Shown piece by piece: positions 13,150-25,802 of a DNA stretch of 64,000 nt; the stretch's first letter is position 1; every line of letters starts with the position of its first letter. The DNA comes from Macrostomum lignano. Its lineage: Eukaryota. The notes below the pieces were generated by a model. That model ran no database searches. It had not been told where the DNA came from and was given only the letters and a program-made list of their open reading frames with translations. Location of the stretch: NCBI GenBank assembly GCA_002269645.1, contig NIVC01001956.1, forward strand, positions 1 to 64,000, in the 5' to 3' direction. A program made the translations under genes and the position numbers.

Positions 13150-13440
13150 GGGATTTTAGCCTAGTGGTTAGAGCGTCGGACTAACAACTAAAAGGTCGGA
13201 GGTTCGATTCTCGACACACTCTGAACAATTCGTGTCCTTGAGCAAGATACTTAACTTTGCATTGCTTCAGTTCACCCAGCTGTAAAATGGATACCAGCAT
13301 TAGCTGGGGCAATTGAGGGTGTGTGTGGCGACCCCCAGTCCTTGGACTGAACAGCCGTATGCAGCCTTCAGATGCGCCGCGCAATAGCTGCGGCTGAGCT
13401 GTCGGTTGCACATCTGGCCATTAGGGCAGGTGTAATCAAA
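13150..13440 (+). mobile_element. tRNA-derived CORE-SINE (MIR-like superfamily)
   Basis: A box TAGCCTAGTGG (~13157) and B box GGTTCGATTC (13201), followed by GTGTCCTTGAGCAAGATACTTAAC...CTTCAGTTCACCCAGCTGTAAAATGG. This matches the CORE domain as I recall it (GTGACCTTGGGCAAGTTACTTAAC...CCTCAGTTTCCTCATCTGTAAAATGG). Second copy at 6466-6766. Confidence 0.82.
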
Positions 13441-13964
13441 AAGTGGCCTTTTTTATCACACACTGCGTCTTAATGGTTGGACCTTGCTTGAAGGTTAAAT
13501 GTCACCACTGAGCTACTTTATAAGGCGGGTCAGATAGTAACTTTTGAAGCTGTATTGTACTATGAATATTTTCAAAAAGAAGATGAAAAATGTGGTATAG
13601 AACATTTTTTCAAAACTATATTTGTAATTTTCTAGAGTGAACCAGCAGAACATAGATTGGGAGAAATTTGCATACTGATAATGTATTTATGACTATATAC
13701 TGACCATTAGCTTAACTATTATTTCATGGACTAAAGGTAAATTAGAAAAGCTTGGAATCAAACTATGAAATGTGTCTAAACTTGTGCACAAATGTAGTGA
13801 AGCAAAGTTGTGCCCAAAAAATAGTTATAAAACTTAACATTCAGGGCGCATTTTCACGACCTAAGCTAAGCAAGTTTATTTGCAATGCAAAGAAAAGTGA
13901 GAGGGCAGCAGTGTGATATACCTAAGAATAGTAAACAGGCCAGTGTATGTAAACAGAGCCTATG

Positions 13965-14335
13965 CCTGGCCTGGGTTTTTTAAGGTTGGAAATCCAGTTG
14001 CCAGCTGGCCCTTGGGGCTCAAAATCCAGTTGCCAATGGCTATTTTTGGTTGCCCATTGGCAACTAGCCAAATTCTTGAGGATAAATATTTCCAAGACAC
14101 TAAATTTTGAGTAACATGTACATATTATACTAACAATAACAAACTAACAATTCCATCATATCATTTCAATTCATTTGGCGCTTTTTTACACTTACAAAAA
14201 CAATTTTTAAAATTGGCAACTGGCATGGGGAAAATGAAGTTGCCAGATTGGCCTCTGATGCCTAAAATCCAGTTGCCAATGGCTTTTTTGGGTAGCCGGT
14301 GGCTACCGTATGGCCTAAAAAAATCCAGTGCCTGG
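13965..14335. mobile_element. Degenerate MITE-like element
   Basis: Imperfect terminal inverted repeats CCTGGCCTGGGTTTTTTAAGG / CCTAAAAAAATCCAGTGCCTGG, with the internal direct repeat AAAATCCAGTTGCCAATGGCT present twice. No clear TSD. Confidence 0.4.
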
Positions 14336-15139
14336 CAATTTGATAACCACATCTAGCACAAGTAGGGTAGGCACAACAGGATGGTGCAACATGCAGACCA
14401 CCCAAGAAGATGATGCAGAGGGACAAGGAAGTGCAAGGAGATGAGGAGAGATAAGATTAATAAATGAGTTTGGTGTCCATTTAAATCCTAGGAACATTAT
14501 TGGTAGTTACTAAAATTGGCAAAGTGCATATACATGTATATTATGTTAATCTTCATTCATTTCATTTCCAAGGGGACCCAGAGTTCATTAATTCTAATGC
14601 AAACCCAGAGTAGGCTATACAGATTTTTATTATACTTTTCTATAAATATACTAGCCTAGGTACCTAGAAAAATAAAATTATTTATATCACTAGTCATTTA
14701 AGAGCATCTAGATTCTTACTATCCTAGATCTTAGGAAATATAAGTACTTCTATCTTTAAAGATAAAAAATAATTGTCAATTAGTAACAAAAAATGGGTGC
14801 AACTGACAATCATATCAGAGTTGTGGCAGAGCTATAACTGTTCTAAAACTTTGCTATATGTTTTGGTTTTAGACACAACAATATGCTAATTACATAATTG
14901 TGTCATAACTATGAAAAAGGATGGTTGGAGACAATTAAAAATGTGCCAATTAATACAGCTGTGGCACAATTGGCAGAACTATAGATTTTGCTAATAAAGT
15001 TGTTTCTCGCCAGGTTAGAATAATTTCAATCCTCAAACTAAAAAATATTGGAACTCAAATTGCATAAAACCTACTTTTATTATTTAGGAAGAAACAAAAA
15101 ACTGAGAACTTACTTTTATGATACTATATAGTGGGCCTA

Positions 15140-15809
15140 CAAGGGTTGGCAAACTGTGGCCCATACATGTTAACTGCTGGCCAACCTGGCTGATCTGGCC
15201 ACTGTAAATTGTGGTGGACCAGGGGTAAGTCGCAAAAATGCCCAGCCTAAAGAATACAGATGTAGTACTAATTAGATGACAAGGCATTTAGCCCTTATAA
15301 GACAGTCATAGTTACTTTTGCCATTTACCCAAAATTGTATTAGGTTTTTTACAGGTAGTCACATTTTTGGTCAAAAAGTAAGTCACATGGCCAGTGTAAA
15401 TCAGGGGGGTTGCACATGTATGCTGTGGCCTATTGGCTATATGCAGCCTACAAAGCCTTTCTATCTAGCCCTCAAATCCTTTGCAATTTTAAGATAGCAA
15501 TCTGGCTTGCTCAAGGTTTATGTCTTTTTTTAACTCTTTTTTATTATCTTTTTTCTCATTTTCTCCTTTTTTCTTCTTCTCTTTTATCATCTTTTTTCTT
15601 CCTTTCTTTTTTCTCCTTTCTTTTTTATTTCTTTTCCTCTTTCTTATTTTATTTTTTTTCTCTTTTTATCTTCTTTTTCTTTTACTCTTTTGCTTCTCTT
15701 TTCTCCTATTTCTCTTTTCTATTCCCCATATTCTTTCTTTATTTCTAACCTACAGTCATGCACAAGGTTCTTTATTGGGTCCTTAATATAAAAAGTTTGC
15801 CAATCCCTA
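15140..15809. mobile_element. hAT-type MITE with internal T/C-rich low-complexity tract (15520-15740)
   Basis: CAAGGGTTGGCAAACT at left versus the reverse complement of the right end TAGGGATTGGCAAACT (13/16). Followed by GTGGCCC as in Charlie-type ends. TSD not recognisable. Confidence 0.55.
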
Positions 15810-16124
15810 TTATAAAGCTACATAGTTTAAGATCAAAGATCAAAGTTTGCCCATGTGTGCACTTGACAACATTTACATTTTTTATTTGCTTTAATATATA
15901 TTCTACTAGTTAATGAAGACAAAGTCTTTTCGCCCCAGTGAGCTTTGGGGTTGGAATTTTATAATACCTAGTGTTGTATCGATTATTTAAAGACTTTCAA
16001 GGCATTATTAACGCTGATGCTCCTAATATTTTGCGTCGTGTCATACATAAAGTTAGCCTAATAGATAAAGTAGGGCGAGAGTTGTAAAATGTCTCTAACG
16101 TCAAATGATTTATAGGAAGGGAAT

Positions 16125-16903
16125 TAGGGATGTCGATTCCCCAGGGAATTATCTTATCGGGGACCCCGGTGAAAAGAAAAAAATAAGTAAAAACGGCGGA
16201 TCACTTAGATTGTAAGTGGAATTTTTTAAACTTTGATTTAAGCTTTGTACTACATGTTCAAGGCGCAGGGGTAAAAATTTTAAACAATGTTTTTTTAAAC
16301 TGTATTTGACAATGTGGCATCACGAAATCGTGCGCGCACCTTTATCGGAAAAGTGCATTTGTTGGAATGCATGCTAACCAGCTACGCTCGTGAGAGGATA
16401 ATTAATGAATGAGACTGTTTTTATAATCGGAATTTTATTTCTTGCATATATATGTAAATCACCATTTTGTCCTTGTCTAATAGGGAGTATATGTATGACA
16501 CCCCCCTATGCGTCAGTGCCTGACGCATGACGCAGCGCTGCGCCTGCGTCAAGCCGTCAACGCAGACCAACACAGCAGTCACTAGTCAGTAAGGCTTCTT
16601 TTTCCTGACGGGTTTCTTTTCTACGTGCAATTTGCTTGATTGAATGACTTATTAGTGAAAAAACAATCAAACGTGTGTTGTGTTTCAAATACATGTAATG
16701 CATTGAAATAAGCAATTATGCGGTAAAAGAGCATAGACAGAGTTTCAATCAGCTTTCTGTGAATCAGTTTCTTATTTTAATGGCAAAAATTAAGTTACAA
16801 ATGCATTTTTTCATATTTTTTCTCCCCAGGGTCCCCGGTTAAATTCCCCGGAGAGTATTCCCCGACAAGCTCCCCGGGGAGCACTCCCGGGTCAACATCC
16901 CTA
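16125..16903. mobile_element. hAT-type non-autonomous element (TAGGGATG termini)
   Basis: Termini TAGGGATGTCGA / TCAACATCCCTA, with subterminal CGGGGACCCCGG...GAAAA mirrored at both ends. The 8-mer GAAGGGAA flanks both sides (16116-16123, one extra T before the TIR, and 16904-16911). Internal palindromes ATGCGTCAG-TGC-CTGACGCAT (16508-16528) and TGACGCAG-n8-CTGCGTCA (16528-16551). Confidence 0.75.
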
Positions 16904-19074
16904 GAAGGGAAACTACGAGCATAAGTTCTGCAACACAAATACAAGTAGCTAAGCATTAATAGACGCACTGCACCGATAAAATGTAATGGAATTGCTCGAA
17001 TCACCGACACCAAGACCCATAAAACTGGAGAAACTGGCAGGATATAGTAGATACATGTAGAATCAGAAGTGATCATGGGTGGGTGGGTCAAGTGATCATG
17101 GGTTCGACCTCGATTGTATTATTCCTTCTTAATCTTATGCAATTAATTGTAAATTTGGTATGAAGTAACAGTAATTATCCTTGACCATGCTAGAGTAAAG
17201 ACAAGTCAAAGTCAAGTTAATAAAAATAGACACACAGTGTAACAATAACAATGGTTTTTAGAGCCATTTTTCTTGTCTGTGTTTGTCTTTGTACATACAT
17301 GTACATTTGGGAAGACTTATCTGGACCCAATCCCTTCTTATTCTACATGTACGCTGTTTTGAGTATGGGGGTTAGAGTTGGGCCGTCTGACACCCCCCTC
17401 CCCCCCCTACCATAGTGGACTGGAGAGAAAGAAGCACATGCTATCGCTATTGGCTAGCCTGTCGTTCTCTTTCTCTTTACCTTCTGTCTTGTGTAGCGTA
17501 CACTATCCAATGCACAAGGCCCAACTTTCCACTAAAGGAAGGTTCATATAGTCCGCCCATGGGCTTCCTCTTGCTTTCGCGTACACTCAAGGCCACTCAC
17601 TCTCAACACCAGCCACTAGAGGCTTGTTTTAAATAATCGATCGATAATATTAAATGTACACTTGAAAGCTTGCTTTGGATCCTAGCAGAAGGGGGAGAAA
17701 GTGGCCAAGGCCACCACACCCCACAAGGCAGGCAGGCCGGCCCGGCCCGAGTGCGATAACGAATGACAAAAAAATAGAAAAGTACAATTTACACATCAAC
17801 TTTCAATACAATAAATACAATAATAGGTACGGTATTAATGACAGTGTATTTTCGCACAAAGTAGCTACGTTCAAACCACCAGCATGTAAACAGCTAAAAT
17901 TTCACTGTTTATGAAATTTTATAAAATTTAACACATCATTTTAGATATTGAAAACTTTTAAAGGAGGGTACTACTGTTGCATGTGACTATAAAATCGTGG
18001 TAGGTATAGCTGATGATGAAACTGGTGATTGGTATCTAGCTTTTTTGATAACTTAGCCGGTTAGACCCCGAAATAGCTATTGTAATTTGTAACGCTGGAG
18101 CCAAATACAAATACAATGGAGCAATTAGTTTCTCTCAAATCTGTCTCTGCCAGTGCCAGTTTAGTCCATAGTAAGTAACCAAAGTAAAATACCCATTAGT
18201 GGTCCCGTTTCTAATGTTTATAAATATTAAGCTTCAATTTACTTTTGGCACAGTATGCAATTTTGAAAATTCACCCTAATAACGGTTTGCACCAGCAGGA
18301 AAGCAACTATTTTGTTGTTGGAAATCGGATTAAGCAGTCAAAAGAGTGTATTTCTATGAAAAAAGGTACTTTTTTCCATTTTTTCAAATATTTAAACAGG
18401 TTTCGCTCTTTCAATAAAAAAATCATCGCAGTACCTTTAAGTACAGTTAGTTTGGAATTAAATGACGGCGTTGAATTGTTTCTTCCATATTCCAAAAATT
18501 ATAATGAGCACTTTTCCTCAAATCAGTTTGAGATCATGATTTTTAGTCTTTCGTCGATAACTTTCTGATTTCAAATGTTTAAGAATTGAAAACTTCCACA
18601 CTTGTGTATCTTTGCATTGCGCATCGATTGGTGCATAGTATGTATGCTTAACTATTAGCAGTATAGAAAAAAATGCAAAAAACTGTAAAAGTACATTTTC
18701 AATTTTTGCATTTTTTGCAACCAAAGTGCCAACTTTTTGATACAATTGAAAAAAACAACCCAATAATGTTATGCATCTTAGTAAGGCGCACCTATAACCC
18801 TCGAACATTTTTAGCTCGAGTTTTAATGTGCATGAGGAAATGCACTTTTGTAAAGACATAATCTTAAGACAAACATTTCAACTGAAGCCTGTTCCTTTTC
18901 TCCGCAGTGAATCCATACAAAACTATACTCGTTAAATAGATCAGATTCTTCTCTTTAAAATGACACCTCACTTGTGAAATTCGCACTTGTAGTTTTGAAG
19001 TTACAGCAGTTTTTGTGAGATTTTTCTTGTCATTTTTTCGATGCACACGTCTCATATTATTATATTCGTCACAA

Positions 19075-19211
19075 GCCAGACCACCCAATGCGCGAAGCGC
19101 ATTGGCTGGCTGTTTGTTCCTCATGCTCGGCACTTTGTGCCTCGCGCGTTCGCTCCGCTCACCCCACAACCCCAAGGACACGCGCTTCGCGCGTGTCCTT
19201 GGGTTTGTGGG
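19075..19211. other. Cluster of three triloop DNA hairpins (likely end of a non-autonomous transposon)
   Basis: CCAATGCGC-GAA-GCGCATTGG (19085-19105), GGCAC-TTT-GTGCC (19129-19141), and a 23-bp stem with 1 mismatch and TTC loop (19163-19211). Confidence 0.8.
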
Positions 19212-19729
19212 TTTCGCGGAGCTCACTGGGAACTAGGATCTATAGGCTGAGGATTTAGAGACATCAGCTTTTCAAAATAGCAGAATATAAAAAAAATAAT
19301 TTAAGTTAGGCCTATTCTTTATAAAATAAATAAGATAATAGCTTTAAGTTCAAATTGCATATTGATTTTAGCCAATCAGTTTTATACATAAAATCTGAAG
19401 CATAGAATCTTATATAATAATCAATAAAAATGATTTTAAATGGCATCAACAATTGAAAAATATTGTCTATGAATTCTATATATATTTATATAACATGTAG
19501 AATAAGCCCTTTATATTTTGATAATAAGCCATTTAGCCATTTTTATCAAAACTAGGATTTACATACTAAAATTTAATCTTTTTGTAGCCAGGTTCCAAAA
19601 CTTTAATGCTTGTTTTTATTTGTTTATTTTTCTATTTTTTACTTTTTAGGCCTAGTTTCTTTTATGTTTTTTTTTCTTGGCTTAGGAAAGTTTTTTTCTT
19701 TTTATGTTTTCTATTATTGTTATTGTTAT

Positions 19730-19792
19730 GTTATTATTATTATTATTATTGTTATTGTTGTTATTATTATTATTGTTATTGTTATGTACAAT
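19730..19792. repeat. (TAT/TGT)n trinucleotide repeat within an AT-rich tract
   Basis: Directly visible. Source of the poly-Y/I pseudo-ORFs 19606..19807. Confidence 0.9.
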
Positions 19793-21419
19793 AAAATAAA
19801 AGGCTAAAATATATCAATAAAAACTTTTTTATTATCTTTATGATAATTTATAGGCCTACACTGTTTAAAATATAACTGAATAGCCTACTTTAGTTTAATT
19901 ATATAGCCTAGTAATAAAACAAGGAAAATCCTATCTTAGCCATAGGCCTAGTGTAGGCCTATACTAAAATGGAGCATAATAGGCCTACACCTATATAAGT
20001 ATAACTTTACAAAAAAAGAATACAAAACTAAAATTCTATTAGGGGCATATGCTAAAATTCAAATATTTTTGTATGTCCAAATTGGTATATTAAAAACTGG
20101 CCTACCAAAATTTGTAAGACAAATTTGAAGATCATTTGACATTGTATGTCTAAAAAATAAATAAGGGGCCTATAAAATACACTTTAGAAATCTTATCTAA
20201 CAAAGCTGACTAAAGGTTCTACAGTTAGGTTCATAAAAAGATATGAAACTTAACAACATGAATTAAACATGATGATATTAGGGCCTACTAATGATACAAA
20301 TGGGTAGGCCCTAGTATACTGTAGCGTACTTTAATAACTTTCTCGAAATTTCGTTAGATTTCTAAAGTCAAAAAGATTTATATTTCCAGAAACTTCTTTA
20401 AGTTAGCATCCTATCTATAACATATGCACATAAATAGTAAATAATTAATTATTACTTAACTGTTAATATTTTACTAGTATTTGCGTAACGTATATAATTA
20501 AGTGTTTAATCGCTTTGTTAAGATGCGCTTATTCTTTCTGGAAATTTCCGGAAGACAGTTACAAATCTATAAATATACGGCGACGGCAGTGACACGAATC
20601 ACTTTCCCCTTGTTTTCTCTTCGATCTGATTTCCGTTGATAAACTACCAAATGAACCACCGCCTTGCTCTTAGTCAATAACAAAATTAAAGAAAAACCTA
20701 CAATACTATTTAAGAGACTACCAGGGCCTAAGGCTAAGGTAGCACTGTAGTAGCATATCACATCATCACACCACTGATGATATGTACGATTTGTTCCTTT
20801 TGAACTAGGCCCAGCGCCTAGCCACCCTTGGCCTTGGCATAGGCATAGTCTAGTCTAGCAAGGTTTTAGGCACTAATGAACTTCGGCACAGGAAGCTTGA
20901 GCCTTGAATTGGTGCATTCATATCGACACACAGCAACAAGAAATTACTATTTTATGTTTCTACTTAATTAATTTTAACATTAAATATCCTTTTCATGTAA
21001 TATAATATATGTGGAACGGAAGGGAAGGTCTTTACACAATACAACAAACAGTAAATTTAACTTTCTATACAATTTCAAATCCACGCGCATTTTCTAGAAA
21101 ACTTTTTTGTTTAAAATGATCCTAAAAAGTATAAGTGGACGCGAATTTTGGGCAGGAGAGAGCAACCTCTTTCAATTCCGTTTAAAGTTTCTTAACCTGG
21201 CAGTCCCACAAAAGCAAATTTGTTAGTGAAAAGCAAAAGCAAAATCAGTGAATTCTGAATGAATATGTGAAACTTCCATCCGACAAAGTAAATTTTCTGA
21301 GAGTAAAGTAGAAGGGTATGTACCGTATATACTACTAATAAGTAGAACAAATCAGAATGAAACAAAATAGATCTCGGATTACATACAGAATGGGTCTATG
21401 AGAATTCCCCGCAGGAAGC

Positions 21420-21785
21420 TTTCCCGCGCGAGATTTCCCCGCCGAGATTTTAACGCGGCGAGGTTTTCCTGAAGGATTTATTTCTTGCCGAGGTTTTCCC
21501 GCAGGGTTTTTCCTGTCGGAATTTCAAGTCAAATCCGATCGGATTTGAAATCTATAGTCTAGTCTAGTTCGAATCTTAGTCTAGTTTTTATCTAGTCTTG
21601 TCTAGTCTATAGTCTAGTCTAGTCTAGTCTAGGCTAGGCTAGGCTAGTTCTAATCTAGTCCAGCATTGTCTATAGACTGGATTTGACTTAAAATTCCCAA
21701 CTGTAAACACTCTGCGGTAATGGAAAACCTCGGCGGGAAAAAAATCTCGAGGGAAAACCTCGCCGCGGGAAAATCTCGTGCTCCC
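21420..21785. mobile_element. Foldback element with long imperfect inverted arms and a central (CTAGT)n microsatellite
   Basis: Left arm CGCGGCGAGGTTTTC, GCCGAGGTTTTCC and GGAATTTCAAGTCAAATCC are mirrored on the right by GGATTTGACTTAAAATTCC, GGAAAACCTCGGC and GAAAACCTCGCCGCG. (CTAGT)n at ~21555-21665. Confidence 0.6.
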
Positions 21786-22569
21786 TACAGAATACCGAAG
21801 GCCCTGACCCTCTAATCCTGGGAATACCCCCAGGACTGGAAGAGATATATACATGTACATGCAATACATACTAGTAACAGTTTACCGCTCAGACCTACAA
21901 GTAATGCTACGTACAGAGTAAGAATGCTACCAGCTCAGAATTATAACACTACCAGTATGAGGTAAGAAATATGCTCAGAGATATATTCATATTTGACCTA
22001 TCCATCTCTCAGAATAATATTCAGATTTATTCTAAGACCTATGCTCAGAGGTTAATGATTAGTCTACTACAACTTTGGGTGACTGCGATTTTGACAGAAA
22101 AGAGCCCTTTAACACTGGTGGCATTTGGTGAAGATAAGTCAGAGCCGAGAAGCATATACCACTATTACAACTTTAGAATCATCAGTTAAATCAATAAGAT
22201 GATGGAACCCCTTTGACAACATTGGTGGCATTAGTGAAATTACTCGTAGTACAACCCTCGTTATAATTTGGTGACAGCGATTGAGATTAAAGAGAGACTC
22301 GTTAACCCCTTGACAATTGACAAATACAATTAGGCTAATTTACAGTTTTTCAACGATAAAACAAATAGATGTTTGTCTAACCGCCTACAGTCAGCAATGT
22401 TTTCCAGGAAAATTTTGCGTGTGATTCAAAGGCGTAAGTGTAAACTCGTTCAAACGTCGCCTTTATTTAGCGAAGGCTTTGAATTTACACGCAAAAGTTT
22501 TCATGAAAACTTGTATTAATTAGAGTACTGTCTATTCGAGCACATTGGATAACGCACATGAACGAGCGT

Positions 22570-23275
22570 TTTAGCGCCACAGGCACTCATTTTAGCGCCG
22601 CAGGCACTCATTTTAGCGCCGCAGGCACTCATTTTAGCGCCACAGGCACTCATTTTAGCGCCACAGGCACTCATTTTAGCGCCGCAGGCCCTCATTTTAG
22701 CGCCACAGGCACTCATTTTAGCGCCGCAGGCACTCATTTTAGCGCCGCAGGCACTCATCTTAGCGCCGCAGTCACTCATTTTAGCGCCGCAGGCACTCAT
22801 TTTAACGCCGCAGACACTCATTTTAGCGCCACAGGCACTCATTTTAGCGCCACAGGCACTCATTTTAGCGCCGCAGGCACTCGTGCGCTACAGGCATTCA
22901 TTTTAGCGCCGCAGGCACTCATCTTAGCGCCGCAGTCACTCATTTTAGCGCCGCAGGCACTCGTGCGCTACAGGCATTCATTTTAGCGCCGCAGGCACTC
23001 ATCTTAGCGCCGCAGTCACTCATTTTAGCGCCGCAGGCACTCATTTTAGCGCCGCAGGCACTCATCTTAGCGCCGCAGTCACTCATTTTAGCGCCGCAGG
23101 CACTCATTTTAGCGCTGCAGGCACTCATTTTAGCGCCGCAGGCACTCATCTTAGCGCCGCAGGCACTCATTTTAGCGCCACAGGCACTCGTGCGCTACAG
23201 GCACTCATTTTAGCGCCGCAGGCACTCATCTTAGCGCCGCAGTCACTCTTTTTAGCGCCGCAGGCACTCATTTTG
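22570..23275. repeat. 21-bp minisatellite (TTTTAGCGCCGCAGGCACTCA)n, ~33 units
   Basis: Directly visible, with variants (aca/gca, agtc, tcttag, gtgcgctacagg). Source of the MSACGAK pseudo-ORFs. Confidence 0.97.
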
Positions 23276-23974
23276 GCGGCGCTATATTTTGGCGCCCTGA
23301 AGCAAAATTATTGATTTCCATAACGGGGCCCAAGGTGGGGTGGGGGGGGGGACAAAGCATTGGCATGTCCCCCAGATCTTTTACTGGGGGGACATGTTCC
23401 CCCTGTCCCCCCGTTGGCGACGCCCCTGACTCCGGATATACAAAGCATAGTTAAAATGAACTCTACGAGCGTACGTCAAGAATATTTCTATTCGCCTGAA
23501 ATGCGCAACTGATCGAGTTTGTAGTGTGAGTCCTGTCAAAAATATGACGCTTTCGGCGGTCAAAGTAGATCACAGGAACCTTAATTCAATCCGATCTATC
23601 TGCAAGCCTAATGTAATAACAGAGCGGTACCTGCGGACAGCAAAGAACGTCATCAAGAAGTGCCCCGAGACTGTACAAAGCATTGAATTGGCTATGTTGC
23701 ACACTACCGAAACACCTTGATTGAAGAGATGCAGCTTTCGGTAAAAAACTGTGGTGTGATCTACTACCAGCTACTTTTTAAGATCTACAATCGCGCGGTT
23801 CTCGTCCGCTTCGACAGCACCGGGAGGTCGACAGCACCGGGGACTCCAAGATCGAGATCCTTCTTTGTCCGCATTGAGACCAACCAGTTGTTGAGGTGAA
23901 ACTGACGATTTCCCAGGCTTCGAAAAATCGGAGAGTTCCTTTCGACGACTCGACGACTATCTGCATCAAGACGG

Positions 23975-24171
23975 TGTAGGGCGTAGGCCGTGCGCTGCAC
24001 TTTCTGCCCCACATTATTATTCATGACTCATTCTCTCGCCTAAACTTGTTTACCAATTCTCGACCAATCGCGCATCGCTGCACCCCACCCCACAATATTG
24101 ACTAATAAATATATTGAGTAAACAGAGCCATACAGAGGCCACCTTTTCGGCACGCAAACCCAGACTTCACA
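23975..24171 (+). repeat. 5' LTR (197 bp)
   Basis: TGTAGGGCG...GACTTCACA, containing AATAAA; identical to 25803-25999. Confidence 0.97.
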
Positions 24172-24192
24172 TTGGCATCGCAAGCAGTCAGA

Positions 24193-25506
24193 ATGTCTGT
24201 GCCTCTGCAGCTACCCCCGCCTAAGCAGTTTAACGAACAGGCAGAACAACACAATCTCTCAGCAAAGTGGGAGGAGTGGTCCGGCCGTTTCAAAAGGTTT
24301 GTCACAGCCAGTGGCATCACAAGTGCCGACCACGGCAAGCAGCTGGCGGACACATTCAAAGAGCTGAATAGAACTTGAAAGTCTCTTGACGATCTGATTG
24401 AGGCATTCAGGACTCACTACAGCGACAGGCACAACCCTGTGTTTGTCAGGTATGAATTCCGGCACTGCACGCAGCAAACTGGCGAGTCACTGGACGCCTG
24501 GACACAGCGCCTCTACGCAGCCGCCGATGGTTGCGAGTTCGGGTCCCAGCGCGACTTGCTCATCCGAGACCAAATAGTGGCCGGCTGCAGATCCGCCCAG
24601 CTCCGGCGGACACTCCTGCAAACTCGCAACGTCAGCCTCAAGGACGCACTGCAGCAAGCAAGAGCCTTCGAGGCGGCGGAACTTCAGTCAGCAGCCATCG
24701 AAGCGCGAAACAACGAGACGATAAACTCGATCCATCGAAAACGCCACGGCCAAGAGTCCCGATCGGAAGCCAAATGCATTCGGTGTGGAGAGCCGGGCCA
24801 CCGCACGTGCGAACTGGCAAGAGGGAAAACCTGCCATAAATGCAACAAAATTGGACACCTGGCGAAGGCTTGCTTGTCCAGCCCCGGCGGTTTCGATGAG
24901 AAAGTGCACGTGGTATCGGCCCAGGGGTGAGCCGAGCCAGAGGACCTGGAGAGCAGCTGCGAGGTTTTCTGTCTTGAATCCCGAAGGAATCGCCTGCCGC
25001 GCGTCAGGGCGACCATCAGGAGCCGCAAAGCCGACCTTCTGATCGACAGCGGCGCCGGCTGCAACCTGATGAGCCTGCAGACCTTCTGGTCCATCGGAGG
25101 CAGGACAAGGGACCTCCAGGGATGCAAGCGTCGAGTACACCCGTTCGGCTCCAGGAAGCCGCTGGTCACGCTCGGGATGGCCAGGCTGCGGACCGCCGTT
25201 TACAACATCAGCGCCAGCATCAACTTCATCATCGTGAGGGAAGCGGCAACGACGATCATCGGGAGGGAGACGAGCGAAGAGCTGGGCATCCTGCGCATCG
25301 GGCCTCCGTCACGCAGCACATGCTTCCAGAGACACCACCAGCCAGGCCCCATGAGCCGAACAAGAGACCCATCTGATGGTCGGACAACGCTGCAGAGGGA
25401 CAGGCGGGACCGGAGCGGAGCACTGGCGAATCGGGCTGGCAACTCTGGCCTCACAGGTGCGCCGTGGAGCAGCGTCAGACTGAGTGGCCAATTCAAATAC
25501 GAGTAA
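24193..25506 (+). pseudogene. gag (two Zn knuckles) and aspartic protease in one reading frame with two in-frame TGA stops
   Basis: Same frame throughout: MSVPLQLPPPKQF...WEEWSGRFKRFVTASGI... TGA(24376-78) ...FRHCTQQTGESLDAWTQRL...RDQIVAGC...CIRCGEPGHRTC...CHKCNKIGHLAKAC... TGA(24928-30) ...LLIDSGAGCNLM...IIGRETSEELG. CX2CX4HX4C knuckle and D-S-G protease motif. Confidence 0.9.
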
Positions 25507-25802
25507 TGCGAATAATTTGCACCGGCTATTGATTGGTTTCAATTTTCAAGTTTTCAGTACATTCGATTCATTGCTGCAGAACTTAGCAACCTACATGTAG
25601 CTCAATGCACCCAAGCTTCACTGGATTAAACATTGTACTTTCGCCACAATTTTGATAATCTCGACTGTCGACTACTCGCATGCTCGAATTCTAAAATTAT
25701 TGTTTTTTTTCTCCCTGATTGAATGCTCGCTTGTTTTAATGTAGTGAGATTTGACTTAGTTTTGTTTTTATCTCCCTGAATTTTTATTCACCTGGGGAAG
25801 GA

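Noticed and set aside
13150-13225. Possible tRNA gene
   Set aside because: A and B boxes are present, but there is no acceptor stem or oligo-T terminator and it continues into the SINE CORE; it is a SINE head.
22516-23170. MSACGAK/FSAAGTH repeat ORFs (also 39898-41017, 50661-50949, 60461-61133)
   Set aside because: Open frames arise from minisatellites. Unlike the neuropeptide repeat, there is no signal peptide, cleavage-site logic or synonymous-only variation.
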